Counted from the first letter of the stretch, positions 12,685 to 26,533 are shown. The stretch: DNA of 64,000 nt from Octopus sinensis (GCF_006345805.1 NC_043001.1:121768001-121832000); one strand, 5' to 3'. The notes: generated from the sequence alone by a model not told the origin. A program made the numbers and translations.

Positions 12685-15600
12685 TAAAAGGTTCCACAAT
12701 AATGACAAACAGAATAAAAATCTACGGTAGCAACAACTATAAAAACAACCACAGCATGATCCAGGAGAAAGTAGAAACATATGTTAAAACAATCTCATGT
12801 CGCTCGATCTAAATGTGAACTAAATAACAAGACAGTCGTTTCTGGCATAATGGCAAGAGTTTTATTGCAATGCTTCTGCTTTATTTGGTCATTCTTGTTC
12901 GAGATACAGGCATAAGTCATTACTAATTCGGGACGGCTGCCGGTTTGATGTAAGCTGATTTCAGAATCTGGAGCGCAGTTGTGTGTCATAGGTATAAATA
13001 GTAAATATAACAGTGCTCGAAGACTGAACAACGGAAGATATACATCATCACGCTTAAAAGTTACCTTATTATAAGAGTTAAATTAACGCATGGGATATTT
13101 CCTCTTCCGTTTGTCTTCACAAAACATCCTTTAAGAAAATAATAGGGCAATAGGAATATCTAGAGTAGTAAAGAATTTAACTTGATTCTTTATAATTAAC
13201 GATGGTTGGTAAAATTTGCTTTTAGTTAAAATTCTATCAAATTAAATACTAATGATTATAATAAACGCATTCAGTTTACTAACATTGTTTTTACCTAATA
13301 TGTTAAAACTGTCGTTTCATTAAAACGGTGTCTAACGATTTCCTCATCTCATTCCTTAAAATATGGTATTTAGTAGTTTTTGATAAGTGTTGTCTCAACT
13401 AGACCATAGTTTAGCAACATCACGTTAGTTTCTATATTTATCACGTCATTTAGTGAACAGCAGGTGATAAACCTTACAGCAGGCGATACAACATTTACAA
13501 TTATCATACAGCAGACGATAAAACAGTATAGTACACAGCACTTGGCAGACGATAAACAATCCAAAAGAAAATGATGGTATTTATTGTTATCAATGAAATT
13601 AAGTTCCAAGTCTATCATCGAATCATATAGATATAACCTGATCGATATAATATATATTGACTAAAAGATTTAATCTCGTCTGCCAATTGCATTTCAGAAT
13701 TAGCCGGGCACTAAGAGACTCGTAGAGTTAATCTATAACAGACAGAAAATTTAGTCATGACCTAAATAGCGATACATATTCGACTGGTGAAGAAGGAAGT
13801 AACGTCAATTTATCTCAGTATTTCACATGAATTTTGAATAATTCAACAAAGTCTTCTCAGAAGCTAGCTTCTTAAATGAAAAGCCTAATCTTCAGTCCCT
13901 GGCAAACAACCTGAACGTCTCAGCTTCTTCGTTAGTCCACATACCTTCAACCTGGATTATTAGAAACTTCAGTTAAACATTAGCTCCTAATAAGTCTCTC
14001 GCTTCTGTTTCACGAGTACATTTAAATTCGTCTATTTTAAATAGAAATAAAACAAAAAAATATGGATATGTACCTGAAATTAAACCTTTAATTGGGTTAC
14101 TGATTGAGTGATTGGCTAAAATAGAGATGTTGTAAGACATCTCTTCACTTCATATTTTAAAAAAAATATCTAACCAGTACTGATCATAGAAAACAGACAG
14201 GTAAGCAGAAAGGGGTTAATAAACCCTGAAACCAAAACCTAATGTGTTAACCTTCAAAATGGATAAAGCTTCTACCTTTCAAACGAATAACGGACGCTTG
14301 AACTGCAAGAATAGCAACCAAATCTCCCTCAAATCAAACGTCTTAAAAGGTTAAAACGAGTACATTGAGCAAACGAAAAGATCCATGCAAGTCAGTATTT
14401 AATATCTGAAAAAGTTGGGGGAAAGTAGAATAAAGGACAGGATAGATTATGAGCGCCTTTTCATTATGCTTGATCGAGGTTGATCTGGGTCTAAACAGCA
14501 ATAATTTTTTTTATATGGGAACTCAGAATGCTACTGTTCTCAGAAAGTGTACTTTTACAGCAGTAAAACTCTTTGTCATTCTTTTTTAGCTCGACTATCC
14601 TCTTAATAATACTCTTAAATCAAAGAGTGGCAAATTGCTCTTGTATTCTAAATAAAAAATAAAGAATAAAGAATAAATAACAGAAAATATTTTCAGAAAA
14701 TAAATATAAAATATTCAAAAATCAAAACTAATTCCTATCAAAAGCTGTATCTGATTCATTTTCCTTTATTTTTTGCATTAATTAAAAGCGTTTTTCTTTA
14801 TGATGTGTTGTTTCTCAGCTTACTCTTTAATTATAACATAAAAAAGAAATGCGAAAAATACCTTCATTAACTTAATTTTCATTTTATTGTCATTAATACA
14901 TTATATCGAACAAGGAAGGATAAGAGGAAGCAGGGAAGAAGGAGCGAGAGAAAAGCTAGACGATCTTAGTGTGTGAAATTATTAATTAGACAGGGTTAGT
15001 TGATTGCTGTCATCGTTACTGAGCGGATTCCTATCAGCTATAATCGAATAAGGCCTATCAACATCATCGATCAAACGCATAACCTGTTATTTTGGATTTT
15101 TATTTTATAAGAAAGTCAGCACTTCGGTTTTAGTTTCAACTATTCAATTTATCGACTGTTGTTAAATCGTGACCGTGCTGTCATTACTGCATATATACAC
15201 AAGGTTCTGAAATTTTAAAGATTTCTTGCGTCGAAATTCAATCCTTCGATCAACATTCAAGCCTTATCATCCAGTCTTCTTTGCTGGTATATTATAACCA
15301 GTATCAGTTTATGTCGAATATTTAATCATTTTGAATTCAGTAGGGAGGTATAGAAGAAGATTTGACTGTAATTTCTTGTAGGTTGAATGAAAGAATAAAT
15401 ATTTCCGGGATAGCTTTCTCTTTTAAAGATGGTGAACGAATGCGCTGCGAGTGATTTGGTCGCTACACCGAGCGAGTTCAAGTGACGAAATAAACACTTA
15501 TTTCTTTATTGCCCACCAAGGGGCTAAACATGGAGGTGACAAATAAGGACAGACAAAGGGATTAAGTCAATTACATCGACCCCAGTGCGTAACTGGTACT

Positions 15601-16127
15601 TAATTTATCTACCCCGAAAGTATGAAAGGCAAAGTCGACCTTGGCGGAATTTGAACTCAGAACGTAACGGCAGAGGAAATACTGCTAAGCGTTTCGCCCG
15701 GCGTGCGCTCCATAAGTCAGTAAAAGAAAGTACAAGATATCATTGACTCACAAAAGTCTGAGATGAACGTCGCACTAACATCACCTGTTTTGGAGAATCT
15801 ACAAACGTCATACATGTTACCCTTCTCTTTGGCCTACATAAAATGAAAGAAAAATAAAGAAAACCGAAGAACTAGTTTTGAGCCGAGAGCAAATTTTGTT
15901 GGTTTGGCTAGCGAGATGAGGATGAGAGACGGCAATGTCTAATACGTATGTATTATGTAAGTATGTATACATACATACATTAGATTGTGAGCTTGTTCGT
16001 TGTAAGATAAATTAAACAAGTTGGAAGCCGTCAAACAAATAGTTTCACATTCATAGTAGCTCTGATTCAGTAATATTATGTCGTATGCAACAAATTTTGA
16101 AAAGAAAAGACGCATACATACATACAC

Positions 16128-16505
16128 CTTATCTTTTATTTGTTTTAGTCAGTGAACAGAGGCCATGCTGGGGCACCGCCTTGAAGGGTTTCAGTCGAAG
16201 AAATCGATCCCAGTACTTACTTTAAACCTGTAACTTATTCTGTCGGGCTGTTTGCCGAACCACTAAGTTATGGGCATATCAACAAACCAACACCGGTTAT
16301 CAAGCGGTGGTAAGGAACAAACATGCACACACATGCATACTAAATCCACTCACAAGGCTTTCGTCGATACGGGGACGGTGAAGTAAGAAGTCTACTTCCC
16401 AACCATTTGGTTTCGGGTTCTTGCCCAGGGTACCACGCAGTGGTACCGAACGCGAAACCCTGCAGTTGGGAAGCAAACTTTTTACTGCACGGCACACTTG
16501 CACCT
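16128..16505 (-). mobile_element. Diverged full-length SINE A+B
   Basis: B tail at 16128-16320 and A head ending at about 16505. Confidence 0.75.
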
Positions 16506-16819
16506 ACGTACACACATACACACACACACATATATGTAGAAGGTTGAAAATGAACACAGGAGTTGATATATATGGAAAAAAAAGTCCAAGTAGAAAATGC
16601 TAAAATAATTTTATAAAAAACATTTCAGTACCGGTTTCAACCATTGAGACTTTTTCAACTGTAAGTATGGAAAACAATTAAATTTTGGAAAAATGAAAAG
16701 AAAAGATTTTAAAAGAATATTTGCATAGTATTCAAATACAAGAGACATTTTCCTTGTTTTCTGCCTTTCTCTGTCTCTCTTGTTTACTCTAGTGTGTTCG
16801 AGCTCGTTTATATATATAA

Positions 16820-16837
16820 ACGGGCATATATATATAT

Positions 16838-16868
<31 letters not shown>

Positions 16869-17027
16869 CATTATATATATATATCATATATATATATATC
16901 ATTATATATATATCATTATATTATATATATCATTATATATATATATCATTATATATATATATATCATTATATATATATATATCATCATATATATATATCA
17001 TTATATATATCATCATATATATATATC

Positions 17028-17060
<33 letters not shown>
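16820..17060. repeat. (TA)nCAT compound minisatellite
   Basis: Repeated tatatatatatcat units. Confidence 0.9.
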
Positions 17061-19079
17061 TTTACGCATACACAGGCTATATTACATGTTACAGAAGATA
17101 TTTTCAGCAGTAAGAAAGGAATTTTAATTTTGTTTGAATAGTTGCACTTATTCTCTGAAATGAATAAAGCTTTCATGCACGGTATACTTGTAAAATCATC
17201 TCTGCCAATCGTCGACCAGGAATAATAAAAATAAAAATGGATGAAGATGCATCTTCATGGTTGCTAGACTTGCTAAAAAAAAGCAGCCAAATCTTCCTCA
17301 AATCTCACTAAACAATCTTTAAAAGCTAACCTAGATTTAAACAACGCTACAAGATAGTTCTCAATTCTTTCTTTTTTAAATTTATTTTGGCGTACTTTAA
17401 ACATAAAATAAACAAATGTATGGAGAAGAAAAATATTCAAGTCTATAAATAATCTAAGACAGAAAATTTAAGTGTTTAATTTAATTCCTTTGTCAAATGC
17501 AGTTAATATTCTATTAAAAGAATTTTAGTTTGCCCTTTTCACATTTTCTAAAGTTATTTTAATATTTTCGCGACGCACTAATAAGCTGTGTGTGACACCG
17601 TCAGCTAATTTCTTAAAATAATAACATAACATATCAGGGCTCTGAAAGACAAAAAAACCCCCCTGCTTAGCTCAAGTTTCATGCATGGTATTAAGTGGAT
17701 GAGATATGAATATTTGCAGCTAGACGGGGTATTTAGGAAGTCTGCCTATCTTAGGTAACACTACTAGAAAAAGATCTGGGGTTTATACAAACTGCTTGGT
17801 TTGCATATGGTTACGAACCCTACCTCGATTGACAAACAACCAAACATCAGCCGTTAATTTAATCTTGAAGATTTTTTCATGTAGCCATAACTCAGGCCAG
17901 TGCTTCTCAAATTATCTGATATGGCCTACTGGCAGTTTTTTCCCCCAATGTGCCAGGGACCAGTAATATTTCTTACTAATATTAATTTATACCGGAAACA
18001 ATATATATAATGAATATAATTAAAGTTGGCGATTTTTTTTATCGTATATTTATTTTGCAAACTAATAATACAATATTACATAAGCATTTTATAATGTTTC
18101 TAACTTTTCTGGAAACTCACCGTGATCGGCAACTGATGGCTCGCGGACCGGCAGTACTTATATTTTTAAATATAAGTACTTATATTTTTAAAGCCCTGTA
18201 CCGCTAACTAACTGGGACGTAAACAAACCAACGCTAGTTGACAAGCAGTGGTGGGGGACAAACTTAAACACACCCACACGTGTATAGGCTTCTTACAGTT
18301 TCCGTCTATCAAATCCACTCGCAAGGCTTTGGTCGGCCCACGGCCATAGCAGAAGACATTTGTCCAAGGTGCTACGCAGTACCAGTGAACCCAGAACTAG
18401 GAAGCAAAGCATACACCATAAAACTATAAATGATAGCGAGTTGAAAATCTCTTTCGGATAGAAAAAAATCGAAGGCTGTTCATGAGATGCTGCTATTTAT
18501 AGCTTTAAAGTTTATCAAATTCTTATGACGTCAATGTGTGTGTGTGTTGATTAGCCAAGGATTTCTTTTAAAACTTTACTATAGATTCACTTAAATCTGT
18601 TTAATGGTACCCATAATGCAAAAATGGCACACTAGTTCTTTTATATTATTTTTCCATTATATTTTCTCTTAGAAATAAATACTGAATGCGACAGAAAAAA
18701 AAATCCAAGTTCAGGCGATCAGAAATGCTAATTTAAGTTAAGTGCATTTTCTTTCTTTCTTACTTTTCTTTTTTTTTTTCCTTTTCTTAAATTGATCTTT
18801 GGTTTTAGAATATGAATGTTCCCTGTAGTAATTGTATTTCTGGTCTAATCGATTAGACTACTTTAGTTCAACTATTGTAACGGTGCTCGTACAGCTAGTT
18901 TCACACCTCACCAAACAATTTCGCTTTTCACAAAAGCAATTCCGGTTTTTTTTACAACACGTAGAGAAGACACGAATTTGAAACCCAAATAATTTTTGAT
19001 TAAGAAATACAAGAGACGAAGGAGCCTCCCAAGCAGAGAAAAATTCAATCCAATATCGTTGGTTGGGGTATGTTTTATG

Positions 19080-19405
19080 ATTCTAAAAGATAACGGCGGT
19101 AAAATGGCTGTAACTTCACGGATTATTTACTTGTGCTGATTGCATAATAAATGCTATGTCCACTTGGTCGTTTCTCGTCTGCTGTCTGTTTATAGCTGTT
19201 CGCTCTCAAACCTCGCTTTAATTGTCTGTCTATAATTAACTAACTATATGTGAATTGCCTGTGTCGCCATTTTTCGGTGTATTTTAACCAGAAAAATGTT
19301 CACTTAAAGAGAATAACAAGCTACATAATGCAAAATTTTACTTTTCAAAAATTCCAATTCTAAAGGGTCGAAACAAACCCGAGCAACGCCGGGCGATACT
19401 GCTAG
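19080..19405 (+). mobile_element. Non-autonomous Helitron 3' end (internal part differs from the other copies)
   Basis: Terminal hairpin cccgagcaacgccggg followed by cgatactgCTAG|T, identical to the ends at 42880 and 56110. The 5' boundary is uncertain. Confidence 0.7.
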
Positions 19406-20009
19406 TTACATGATATTTGCATAGTGTTTCCGGATTTCTGGAAGCCGGATAAGAGATCCGTTACTGTAAGAGGAATAAAATGGTTTGAGAAAGAAAACTC
19501 CTCACTGGAGAGTGACATAACATTTTCTAGATTGATTGATTGATCGCATAAAATCACATAGCTGGATCAATGTGAATAAGTCAAGTGGCTATGTTATAAA
19601 GGTCACTTCGTTTACTTTTAAATAGTTTTAAATGGTCAATTTGTGTATAACTAATTGGGTTGTTTGTGGTTTGAGCTAACTTAACGATAATTTTATTATA
19701 GGCATTCCTAACTAACGTGGCTACTTAGAATTACAGAAAGCTAGCTAGTGAAAAAATTAACTGCTAAAGTTATAAAACAAAATTACCACTCTAAATCGAC
19801 CAATATCACATATAGTTAGTTAATTATAGACAGACAATTAAAGCGAGGTTTGAGAGCGAACAGCTATAAACAGACTGCAGACGAGAAACGACCAAGTGGG
19901 CATAGCATTTATTATGCAATCAGCTCGTAATCGTACTGTTGTAGTATGTACTAACATTAGAATTATGTATTAGGTGAAAGGTTGTCGAAAGTCATTGTTA
20001 GAGGAAGAA

Positions 20010-20432
20010 ATAATTTATTTATTTACTGCCCACAAGGGGCTAAACACAGAGGGGACAAACAAGGACAGACAAAGGGATTAAGTCTATTACATCGACCCCA
20101 GTGCATAACTAGTACTTTATTTATCGACCCCGAAAGAATGAAAGGCAAAGTCGACCTCGGCGGAATTTGAACTAAGAACGTAACGACAGACGAAATACCT
20201 ATTTCTTTACTGCCAACAAGGGGCTAAACACAGAGAGGACAAACAAGGACAGACAAACTGATTAAGTCAATTATATCGACTCCAGTGAGTGACTGGTACT
20301 TAATTTATCGACTCCGAAAGGATGAAAGGCAAAGTCGACCTCGGCGGAATTTGAACTCAGAATGTAACGGCAGACGAAGTACTGCTAAGCATTTCGCTCG
20401 GTGTGCTAACGTTTCTGCCAGCTCGCCGCCTT
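20010..20432 (-). mobile_element. Two tandem/nested tRNA-derived SINE family C copies (central domain resembles Meta/MESC)
   Basis: Head ggcggcgagctggcagaaacgttagc, B box gagttcaaattcc, central gcctttcatcctttcggggtcgataaattaagtaccag. Other copies at 15500, 21205, 34590, 47980, 57625, 59295, 60136 and 63350-64000. Confidence 0.85.
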
Positions 20433-20821
20433 ATCATCGTTATAGGAAGAAATAATTTCGACAGACAATACTGTATTGGCGAAACAAGGGTGTGGACAAT
20501 GAAAAAACAAAACAAAACAAGGTCTAAAAATAATATTCATTTCCCAAACTGCTCACATGATTCATTAATGCATTCAATATGTTAATAAATAAAAAAATAT
20601 TTTAAAAATTAGTGAAATATAATAGAAATAAAAGAAAGATACAGCTCTTTTAATGGCGTCAGTTTTATTTTGTATTCATATTTTGTTTCAATTTATTGTT
20701 CTTAGGTTTAAATAGGCGCGCGCGTGTTTGGGAGAGAGACAGAGAGAACAAACGTAATATGAAGAGAGAGAGATTTATCTTTAAGTTTATGGTGTTTGAT
20801 TTTTTAAAATTATGTTAACTG

Positions 20822-20857
<36 letters not shown>

Positions 20858-21017
20858 ATATATATAATATATATATATAAAGGAATGTATGTGTGTGTGA
20901 TTTTAAGTAAAAGATACCGTTCGTAGAGATAACAAGTCCTTTATTGTTTGTCTCTAACAAAAATCTATAAATATTAAAGAAACGGTATTATGTATATATG
21001 TATATATATATATATAT

Positions 21018-21049
<32 letters not shown>

Positions 21050-21760
21050 ATATAAACTCTTTTCATATTAAAATTCAAACATTATACCATTTATGTTTGT
21101 TTATTGCTTTTGCTTCTGAAAAAAGCATCCTTAATACATATAATTGAATCAAATCGTGTTAATAATTGGCAATTGAATGTCATTTCAAAGAATTCTTGTC
21201 TTCTCTAGGCACAAGGCCCGAAATTTGGGGGGAGGGGCTAGTCGATTAGATCGAACCCAATACGCAACTGGTACTTAATTTGTCGACCACGAAAGGATGA
21301 AAGGCAAAGTCGACCTCAGCAGAATTTGAACTCAGAACGTAACGACAGACAAAATACCGCTAAGCATCCGGCTTGCTGACGATTTTGCCAGCTCGCCGTC
21401 TTTGTCATTTTAAAGAATTATAACAATCTGGGCATCCGTATTCAGCAATATAGTATTGTTTGTTGACATTGTGTTTTTCCTCTTTCGATATCAATCTACT
21501 CAGGTTTTTCACCTATATTCATTCAAGTGTTTCAGTTATTTAATTGAGGGTTTCTTGGACTCATCACCTTCCTGGATTTTAAGCCGGCCATGCAGTTACA
21601 CCTTTAGTACTTATTTAGCACTTAAATCCAGTTCACATTTTATCGGTCTTTAAGTCGAACTACAAAACATGAACATAAAACTTTTTTTTTTCAAACAGTA
21701 TCCACGTAAACACGTAACACACACAACAATTTTTTTTGCTTGCATGTGTGCGTGCGTGTA

Positions 21761-21791
<31 letters not shown>

Positions 21792-22240
21792 GTACGTACA
21801 CACATATACACACTCATTCATGAACGTGTATCTATCTATTTGTCTGTCTGTCTCAATATATGGTAATCCTTCGGTATTGGTAGAGACATCATTCGGATCT
21901 TTACCTTTTGACCTACAGATTTAAAAAATAATTTTTTGTAACTAAACACTTTTAAACTTAGTACACCGGTAGAATGTGCCATATAAAACATCTTTTACTC
22001 TTAGCATTTTTGAGAAAAACTTATATTTATGAAGTTATTTCACGTTAAAGTTCTCGTATTTCGGTAATTTCAACCAATCAATGACATGTATTCAGCTGAA
22101 TAAAATTACTCCCATCATTCACCTTCACAAACTTCCCACATGACAGATAAAGAGGCTAGATTGAAAAAAAGGGTGACTAATGTCTCATCTCATCATATTG
22201 ACCCCCTGGATATCAATACTAAAGGATCGCCCAGTGCATA

Positions 22241-22279
<39 letters not shown>

Positions 22280-23297
22280 GTGCAGGCGTGGCTGTGTAGA
22301 AAGAAGTTTGCTCCATAACCTCGTGTATACGTAAGTGTGTGTTTGTGTCTATTTCTCCACCACTATAGCTTAACAACCGGTATTGGTTTGTTTGCGTCCC
22401 TGTAACTTAGCAATTCGGTAAAAATGACCGACAGAATAAGTAAAAGATAAAAACAAAAAATATGTATTATAGCGATGTCAATTATGTAAATTATTCGGGG
22501 TGGGGTATTAGCATTTATCTGTATATTTACATAACATATTTTAAAATACGTAATTAATATAAATAAATAAAGATGGAATCTTGCAAAAAAATTTTCTAAC
22601 CACTTCAAGTATTTCAAAATTTCACATTCTTAAAAATTTTCTTCACTGATATAGTTTTTCAAAGTGATAACGAAAATCTACGAAAATCATTTTTATTTTT
22701 TAAAGAAATTAATATAAAAAAAAAGGAAAAAATAGAGGCATTTAAAATTGTCCTTTTAGTTAACTGGAAGCCTCCATTTCTAACATAGCAGAAGTCGTAT
22801 CTGTGTGTTTCTATGGTAAAACCAGAAATGCAACGAAGATGAACCCTTTACGTAGTCTATCGATCTGTTAGAAATAGCTAAATCTTCCTTAACCTGCCAT
22901 AATATCTAAAAAGAAAACAAGAAACAAAAGGGATGATGTATAATGTCACATCATATATTTCCTCGCTTCAAGATCTCTCAAGTGCTGTCCACTTGTTGAG
23001 TGTTATTAATAATATTTAAATCTCATCGAATGTAATAGCTTGTTAAGGTTAGCACTACAGATATTCTACAGAAATAATAACCAGCACTGATTTTTGCTAC
23101 AATGATTCGTATACGAGACGTCAGATGTAAACAACGAGACGAAAAGAGGACAATGGATGTATATACCATATTTCGGTGGTTTTTGTCCCTTCATCAACAC
23201 CCATCTAACCCTTTAATTATCCTCGAACAAATTGCTTAAATAACCATTGTATATAGCGGTGTAACGTTATTGGTTACACCAATTTTATATATTAAAC

Positions 23298-23514
23298 CAA
23301 GGGTCGCCAAACTTTTTCGACCATCGACTCACTTTAGCCACTTCTCCTTCCGCATCGACCCCCTGAAGCCACTTCTGCATCGATCACCCTCCTTATTTAA
23401 GATACCGTAATACCTTACCCTATCGGTCTTTCGCAGGCCGACCCCAATTCGTCCCCCTCCTGTAATTGTTCACCGACCCCTAGAGGTCCTTAGGACCCCC
23501 TTTGGCGACCCCTG
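23298..23514. mobile_element. hAT-type MITE, 217 bp
   Basis: TIR caagggtcgccaaa / tttggcgacccctg with a perfect 8-bp TSD TATTAAAC (23290-23297, 23515-23522). Confidence 0.92.
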
Positions 23515-24295
23515 TATTAAACGCATTACTTTGTAGTATATTACGGTTGCATAACGAAATACTGCGTACCCACAAGTCATTTGTATCAAATGTAATAGTT
23601 TTTTGAACTCATGACCATTAAAACACTTATTGGGTCCCGCAGATCGATATTAAACGTACTTTCTCTTTTCTTACGGTGGAATTGTTTAACAAAGTTTGAC
23701 GATGGAGAAATAATATCACCAATACCAACATCACCGCAACGACCAACATCACCATAATCATCATCGTCATCAACACTATTCTTCTTTCAATAAAAACATG
23801 GCAACCAATACTTTCACTACCATCACAACCTCCACCACCAATACCATCTTAGTCTTTACATTGTTCTACTGCCATCAATGTACAAAATCATTAATTGAGA
23901 AAGTAACATATTACAAACATTCTCCGCTCACATAGCCTACGTTAATGTATGTGTGTGGTTTTATTTGTATTTTTAGTACCAACTTATCACGAAAGACATA
24001 ATTTTTTATAACAAAAAACAACAAAACAAAACTAATTTCCTTGTGCAACTTTCTTAGATACATATTGACAATTTCTAGACCTGCTAGCTCACATTCAAAA
24101 CACATCGACGGCGACTTGGACAATTTATATAAACCATACGACCTGTGCATTAGTTTATATTCTTTTATTGGAAATCTAACAGGTAGCAGACATTCCTGTC
24201 CGTTCCCATTTCCTTGTTTATACAACAGAAGATCGATGGCGGACTACACAAGGTCCTTCTTGCACACTTACAAAAGACACAGACTGATTTTTACG

Positions 24296-24346
<51 letters not shown>

Positions 24347-24412
24347 TATATATACGTATATATATGCATATATATACATATATATATGTATATATATGCA
24401 TATATATATGTA

Positions 24413-24480
<68 letters not shown>

Positions 24481-24484
<4 letters not shown>

Positions 24485-24670
24485 TAATCCAAACAAAAAA
24501 ACACAGCAACGCGGGGACGTGGAACAAATAAAGTATTATTGGACGCTCAGGGAAGAAGGAGGGTTTAACGTTTCGAGCGGAGCTCTTCGTCGGAAACATA
24601 GGAGAAGGAAAGATCCCGAGAAGGGAAGACAGAGGAAAAAAATCGCCGGCGGTACTCACGAGGTCACATA
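24481..24670 (-). mobile_element. Penelope-like terminal element with variant hammerhead scaffold
   Basis: CCGACGA-A-GAGC/GCTC-GAAACGTT...AGCGTC. Related copies at 25590-25690, 30820-30975 and 59150-59260. Confidence 0.6.
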
Positions 24671-25356
24671 TATATACATATATATATATTATGAGAAGTT
24701 TAGTTCACTGGTGATCTAAACGAATAGATACGCTGTGTAAGTGCTATAATTGGTCATCCATTAGGTTCCAAGTTAACACACACACAATATATATATATCC
24801 TTACATATTATTTATATTAGATAAACCCATATACATATATACATGCACACACATCTTAACCTTGTTTCAGCCGGAGGTTGTAGCGAAAGCGGAGGGGGGG
24901 TGCGCGCGCGCACACACACACACAATGAAAACACATGCACTTACATACATAGAGGCATGTACGTACGATATGTGGCAAGTGTACACGCTCACCAGATGTA
25001 TATGACCAAAGTAAGGCAACGAGTAAACGCATTGACCACAGTTAAGTGGCTGACAGACCTAATTCTCGTCAATGAGAAAAAAGAATGCTTCATACATTAG
25101 TCAGGATGAAACTTATGTCTCGTCCATTTGAAAGAAAGCATCGTGTGAATTATGGTCTAGCAAGAAGTTTGGTTGTAAAAATAAATAAAGATGGAATTAG
25201 ACAGGTGGTTAGTGATTACGTGCAGCGGTGGGGGCGAGAGGTTATATTATAAGTATTATAAGACGGCTTCTTAGGTAGTACGTCGAAGAATAGATACACA
25301 TTTCGTTTTTGGATTTGGTTTGAAAGATTCTTTATGTGAGTTCGTGTGTTGAAGCA

Positions 25357-25500
25357 TATTCTGTTGTGTCTGGGGAGAGTCATTTTCTTTTTATGCTTTA
25401 GAATTTCTTATGAATAAGAAATAAGTGAAAATTTTACCGGTGAGTATGTTAAATTATAAGGCACAAAAAGAAAATGACTCCCCCAAGACACAACAGAATA
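25357..25500. repeat. 44-bp inverted repeat (fold-back), about 40/44 identical, 56-nt spacer
   Basis: tattctgttgtgtctggggagagtcattttctttttatgcttta versus the reverse complement of 25457-25500. Confidence 0.85.
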
Positions 25501-25535
25501 GATACACAGTTAGCATGATATATTATATATATATA

Positions 25536-25576
<41 letters not shown>

Positions 25577-25971
25577 TATAAGTGCATATGGACTGTATTA
25601 GTTTCACGCTCGGGAAGAGAAAGTTTTTGACGTTTCGAGCATAGCCCTTCGTCGGAAAGGAAAACGGGAAAGTGTAAAGAAGGAAAAAAAAACCACACAT
25701 ACACAACAGCAGCATGTGTGTAGTTACATTGCAGAATGTGTATATATACATACAAGAAGAAAAAGAAAATGGAGATTGGGAAGTTAGTAATTGTTTATTA
25801 TTTATAACAAATTAATCATCATTCCTTACAGCCGTTTCAATTAATACTCAATAAATATTAGATTTATATGGCCTGAGCGCAATATCTTCAGAAGGAAAAA
25901 ATATAGCCTTGGTTGTTTTATATTTGCTTATGGATTCATTATACTAAACTGAATCAAAAGTGAGGAGTGGA

Positions 25972-26021
<50 letters not shown>

Positions 26022-26173
26022 TCCACTCCCCAATATATATATTGCCTATAGTCGTGAAGGCTACCCAGATAAATAAACAGCAAGATAAATGGATAAATAA
26101 GCAGTTATACATAGTTCTTAAACAAGAATATTATTATTGATAGTGACTTCGAAGTTTTGGCCAGTTAAGCCAT

Positions 26174-26213
26174 TGTCTGATGACGGCTTAGTTAGCCGAA
26201 ACTTCGGAGTCAC

Positions 26214-26214
<1 letters not shown>
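26174..26214 (+). ncRNA. Type I hammerhead ribozyme (minimal)
   Basis: TGT-CTGATGA-C-GGCT/AGCC-GAA-ACT(TCGG)AGT-C|ACA. The full core is present, with GUC cleavage after 26211 and a 3-bp stem I. Confidence 0.7.
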
Positions 26215-26246
<32 letters not shown>

Positions 26247-26276
26247 TGTATGTATGTATGTATGTATATATATATA

Positions 26277-26478
26277 TCTATCTTTACTTGTTTCAGTCAT
26301 TTGACTGCGGCCATGCTGGAGCACCGCCTTTAATCGAGCAACTCGACCCCGGGACTTATTCTTTGTAAGCCCAGTACTTATTCTATCGGTCTCTTTTTGC
26401 CGAACCGCTACGTAACGGGGACATAAACACACTAGCATCTGTTGTCAAGCAATGCTAGGGGGACAAACACAGACACAT

Positions 26479-26533
<55 letters not shown>

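Noticed and set aside
13450-13560. Cys-rich ORF 13370-13618 superficially like tetraspanin TM2-TM3
   Set aside because: It arises from a degenerate ~25-32-bp repeat (cagcagrcgataaa) and lacks GCCG and splice sites.
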